A DNA stretch of 32,000 nucleotides from NCBI GenBank assembly GCA_964373795.1, contig CAYJVY010000010.1:17710-49709 (forward strand), written 5' to 3'. Each line of letters opens with the position of its first letter. Within the stretch, counting starts at the first letter, position 1. The stretch comes from an uncultured archaeon (GTDB lineage: Archaea; Iainarchaeota; Iainarchaeia; Iainarchaeales; DATDZZ01). Both the position numbers and the translations under genes were made by a program. The notes below the pieces were generated by a model. That model was not told where the DNA came from. It worked only from the letters and a program-made list of their open reading frames with translations, and searched no databases. Positions 29,311 to 32,000 of this stretch are shown one piece after another.

Positions 29311-31209
29311 TCATTCCATGACTTTTTTTAATTCTTCTTTTAATATTTTTGCAACTTCTTGTCCTGAGGATTTTCCTTTTACTTCTTTCATTATGTCTCC
29401 CATTAAGCCGCTTATTGCGTTTAATCCTTTTTCTTTTACTAGTTTTTGATTTGCTTGAACTATTTTTTGAATTATTTTTCGTACTTCTGTTTCATTTAAG
29501 GAAGTTAAATTCATTTCAATTATTATGTTTTCTAATTCTTTTTCAGGCATTGCACTCCATTTGCTTAAAACTTCGTTTAAAATGTCTTTAGTTATTTTTT
29601 TGTTTTTTAATGCATTCATTATTTCTTCAATCATTTTGTATGAAATGTTTTCTGTTTTAACATTGTTTCTTTTTAATTCAACTAAATTTTCTAATAGTAA
29701 AACAGCCAGAGTTGTTGGTTCAAATCTTTTTGCAATCATTTTTTCAAAAAATCTTGCATGATTGTTTAGCTTCATTTTTTCTGCTAGTTTTTCGTTTAAA
29801 TTAAATTTTTCCATATAAAGTTTTTTTCGTTCGTCTGCCCATAAAGGTAAGTCTTTTTTTAATTCTTCTAATTGTTTTTCATTAATTGCTATTGTTGGAA
29901 TATCTGTTTCGGGATACATTCTTGCTCCGCCTGATAAAATTCTAGAGTATTCTGTGTTGCCGTCTTCTAATGCGTTTCTTGTTTCTTTTGGAATTCCTTC
30001 TAATGCTTGAATTGCTCGTTCTAGAACTGCTTCTAATGCTTTAATGGTTTTTGTTTCCTCGCCTGTTACTATTACAAATGCATCCATGTCTTCGCATTTA
30101 AGTGTTTTTTTAATTGAATTAATTTCGTTTTCAGTTATTCCATATGAAGGTAATTCGTCTGAGTGAATTAATCCTTTTAATCCTGTTTTAACTTTTACAT
30201 GTGAAGCAAATTCTGTTCCAAGTCTTCTTCCTGGTTGAATTTCTTTTCCAATTAATTCTTTGAATCCTTTTAATTTTAATCCGTATACTTGATTTTTTTT
30301 CTCTAAAGTTGTTTTAATTATTTTTGATTCAGTTTTTTGAAATTCATCTGCTAAGCTTTTGAATTCTGGTTTTAATTCTTCTTTTTTAATTTTTCTTGCA
30401 AGTAATTCTTTTTTTATTTCAAGTAATGTTACTTGTCTTTGAACTTCTCTTTTAACAAATTCATCAATTAACTCAATTTCTTGAACTCCTTTTATTTCAA
30501 TTCTTGTTCCTTCTTTGATTGAAATATTTACGTCTTGCCTAATTGTTCCTAAACCTCTTTTAGCCTTTCCAGTTATTCTAAACATTTCTCCTATTTTGAA
30601 AGCGCATTCTTTTACTTCTTCTGGAGAGTTTAAATCTGGATCAGTAGCTAATTCAATTAAAGGAATTCCAAGCCTATCTATTCTGTAAATAATTTCTTTT
30701 TCAGTGTTTTCAATTAATCTTGCAGCGTCTTCTTCTAAAATAATTGATTGAATTCCAATTTTTTTGTTTTTTATTTTAATTTCTCCTCCAACTGCGACTA
30801 AAGCAGTTCTTTGAAACCCGCTTACATTTGATCCATCAATAATTGATTTCCGCATTACGTAAATTTTGTCTAGTGCATGTGATTTTCCAAGCAAGGCAAC
30901 TTCTAAAATTGTTTTTAATGCTTCTTCATTTACTTTCATTGCAGGTTCTTCGTCTAATTCAACTAAACAAGTAGTATCAGTATATGCTTGGTAGGCAAAG
31001 GTAATGTTTTTTTTGAATGCATCTAGTGCTGCTTGCTCGAATTCTCCTAACTCTGATGGAACTGGCCTGATTTTTCTTTTAAATATCTTGTCAGGAGAGT
31101 CTTCTCTTAAAATTGAGGGGCATCTGCAAAAAAGTTTTCCTACATCTAGTTGTTGATGGCATTCTAATCCAGCGATTAATCCTAGTTCTTTATAATTAAG
31201 TTCTGGCAT
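29311..31209 (-). CDS. gatE: Glutamyl-tRNA(Gln) amidotransferase subunit E
   Basis: 632 aa, the archaeal GatE length rather than the roughly 475 aa of GatB. N-terminus GLIAGLECHQQLDVGKLFCRCPS. GFQRTALVA. Cradle and insertion domains, with a C-terminal YqeY-like tail. Confidence 0.9.
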   Translation of the reverse strand: MPELNYKELGLIAGLECHQQLDVGKLFCRCPSILREDSPDKIFKRKIRPVPSELGEFEQAALDAFKKNITFAYQAYTDTTCLVELDEEPAMKVNEEALKTILEVALLGKSHALDKIYVMRKSIIDGSNVSGFQRTALVAVGGEIKIKNKKIGIQSIILEEDAARLIENTEKEIIYRIDRLGIPLIELATDPDLNSPEEVKECAFKIGEMFRITGKAKRGLGTIRQDVNISIKEGTRIEIKGVQEIELIDEFVKREVQRQVTLLEIKKELLARKIKKEELKPEFKSLADEFQKTESKIIKTTLEKKNQVYGLKLKGFKELIGKEIQPGRRLGTEFASHVKVKTGLKGLIHSDELPSYGITENEINSIKKTLKCEDMDAFVIVTGEETKTIKALEAVLERAIQALEGIPKETRNALEDGNTEYSRILSGGARMYPETDIPTIAINEKQLEELKKDLPLWADERKKLYMEKFNLNEKLAEKMKLNNHARFFEKMIAKRFEPTTLAVLLLENLVELKRNNVKTENISYKMIEEIMNALKNKKITKDILNEVLSKWSAMPEKELENIIIEMNLTSLNETEVRKIIQKIVQANQKLVKEKGLNAISGLMGDIMKEVKGKSSGQEVAKILKEELKKVME

Positions 31210-31273
31210 TAATTATCACTTAGATTTAGAAGAATAAGGTTTTTATTTTAATTTTAATGCAATCAAAAAAGCT

Positions 31274-31780
31274 TTACATTAAAAATTTTTCAACCAAGCC
31301 TGAAACAAATGGAACAGCTGTTTTTTCTTCTTTGTAGGCTTTATACATTAAGTAAAACCTGTAAAGCGCTATAAGCAATGCAAACCCTATGTAAACAAAA
31401 AGTATTAAGAATGCAAGCAACATTAATAAACCGCCTATTCCTCCTAAGAAAATAGTGAATATTCCTAGCAACCAGAAAACAAAAAATATTACTCCAAATA
31501 CTATTCCTAATCCAAATAAAATTAATTCAAGAACTAATGATTGAGCTGAATGAAATTTAACAAATTTATCGTCTTTTCCCACAGTGAAGTAAATTAGTAA
31601 TGGCAGTATTATTGGAACTGGAAAGAAAGGAAAATAAGATGCTGCAGCAATTAAATTATTTTTTATTCCGCTTCCAGAATCAGAACTTTTTTTTTCTTGG
31701 CTTGCAGGCATTGAAGGTTCTGGAGTTGAAACTAAAGCTGGCTTAATTTTTACAATGCTTGTACTTGATTTTTTAATCAT
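31274..31780 (-). CDS. DUF4870-like small membrane protein
   Basis: 168 aa. AAASYFPFFPVPIILPLLIYFTVGKDDKFVKFHSAQSLVLELILF, followed by two further TM helices. Confidence 0.55.
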   Translation of the reverse strand: MIKKSSTSIVKIKPALVSTPEPSMPASQEKKSSDSGSGIKNNLIAAASYFPFFPVPIILPLLIYFTVGKDDKFVKFHSAQSLVLELILFGLGIVFGVIFFVFWLLGIFTIFLGGIGGLLMLLAFLILFVYIGFALLIALYRFYLMYKAYKEEKTAVPFVSGLVEKFLM

Positions 31781-32000
31781 GCATTAATTAAATATTTAAG
31801 TATTTTTAAAACTTGTGTTTGGTGAGTTGTAAAGTAAACGTTACCTAACATCAAGCTTATGAGAAGTTCGTGAAGCGAATTTGGGTGGAGAAGTGTGCAA
31901 GACTTTGTAATCTCATATCCTTGTTATATTCCCTAAAGGGCTGAAATTTAGTGCAACGTTCCGAAGGAAAATTTTTGAGTCAGAAGTCGGCCGTCAGATT

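Noticed and set aside
1-32000. CRISPR arrays, transposases/IS elements, integrases, rRNA genes
   Set aside because: I scanned for regularly spaced direct repeats, DDE/tyrosine-recombinase-like ORFs and rRNA signature sequences. None were seen.

Overview
Visibly AT-rich archaeal window. Archaeal markers are a 632-aa GatE, a geranylgeranyl reductase, and a tRNA-Gln with an A1-U72 pair. Most genes have Shine-Dalgarno-like GGAG/AGGTG leaders. A DPANN-like lineage is my inference only. All family calls come from motifs I recognise by eye; no searches were run.

The window splits into three blocks.

(1) 1-16.2 kb is an accessory metal/thiol-stress region.
- It holds four to five winged-helix regulators: ArsR, HxlR, BlaI-like with an M56 peptidase, and a PadR-TRASH fusion.
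- It holds a Cu(I) P1B-ATPase and a DsrE-like gene with a decayed paralog.
- It holds an eight-gene plus-strand cluster (3686-9753) whose products are all membrane-anchored and Cys/His-rich. These include a triple-thioredoxin-cupredoxin fusion, a tiny protein ending in MVGGC, three copies of an intramembrane CxxC hairpin module, two paralogous His-motif proteins and a C2H2-finger/DUF3105-like protein.

(2) 16.7-25.4 kb is a minus-strand surface-protein locus with the architecture of a polymorphic toxin system.
- It encodes a lipobox E/K-rich protein, a Cys-rich secreted protein and a 1665-aa Ig-repeat/TSP3-repeat protein with a short C-terminal tip.
- An SD-led repeat protein follows directly and is a candidate immunity protein.
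- A decayed orphan C-terminal cassette shares a 71-nt near-identical handle with the giant gene.

(3) 25.6-32 kb is housekeeping: tRNA-Ile, tRNA-Gln, a methyltransferase, and a gatE / NAD(P)HX dehydratase / pgi operon.

I saw no CRISPR array, transposase or integrase.
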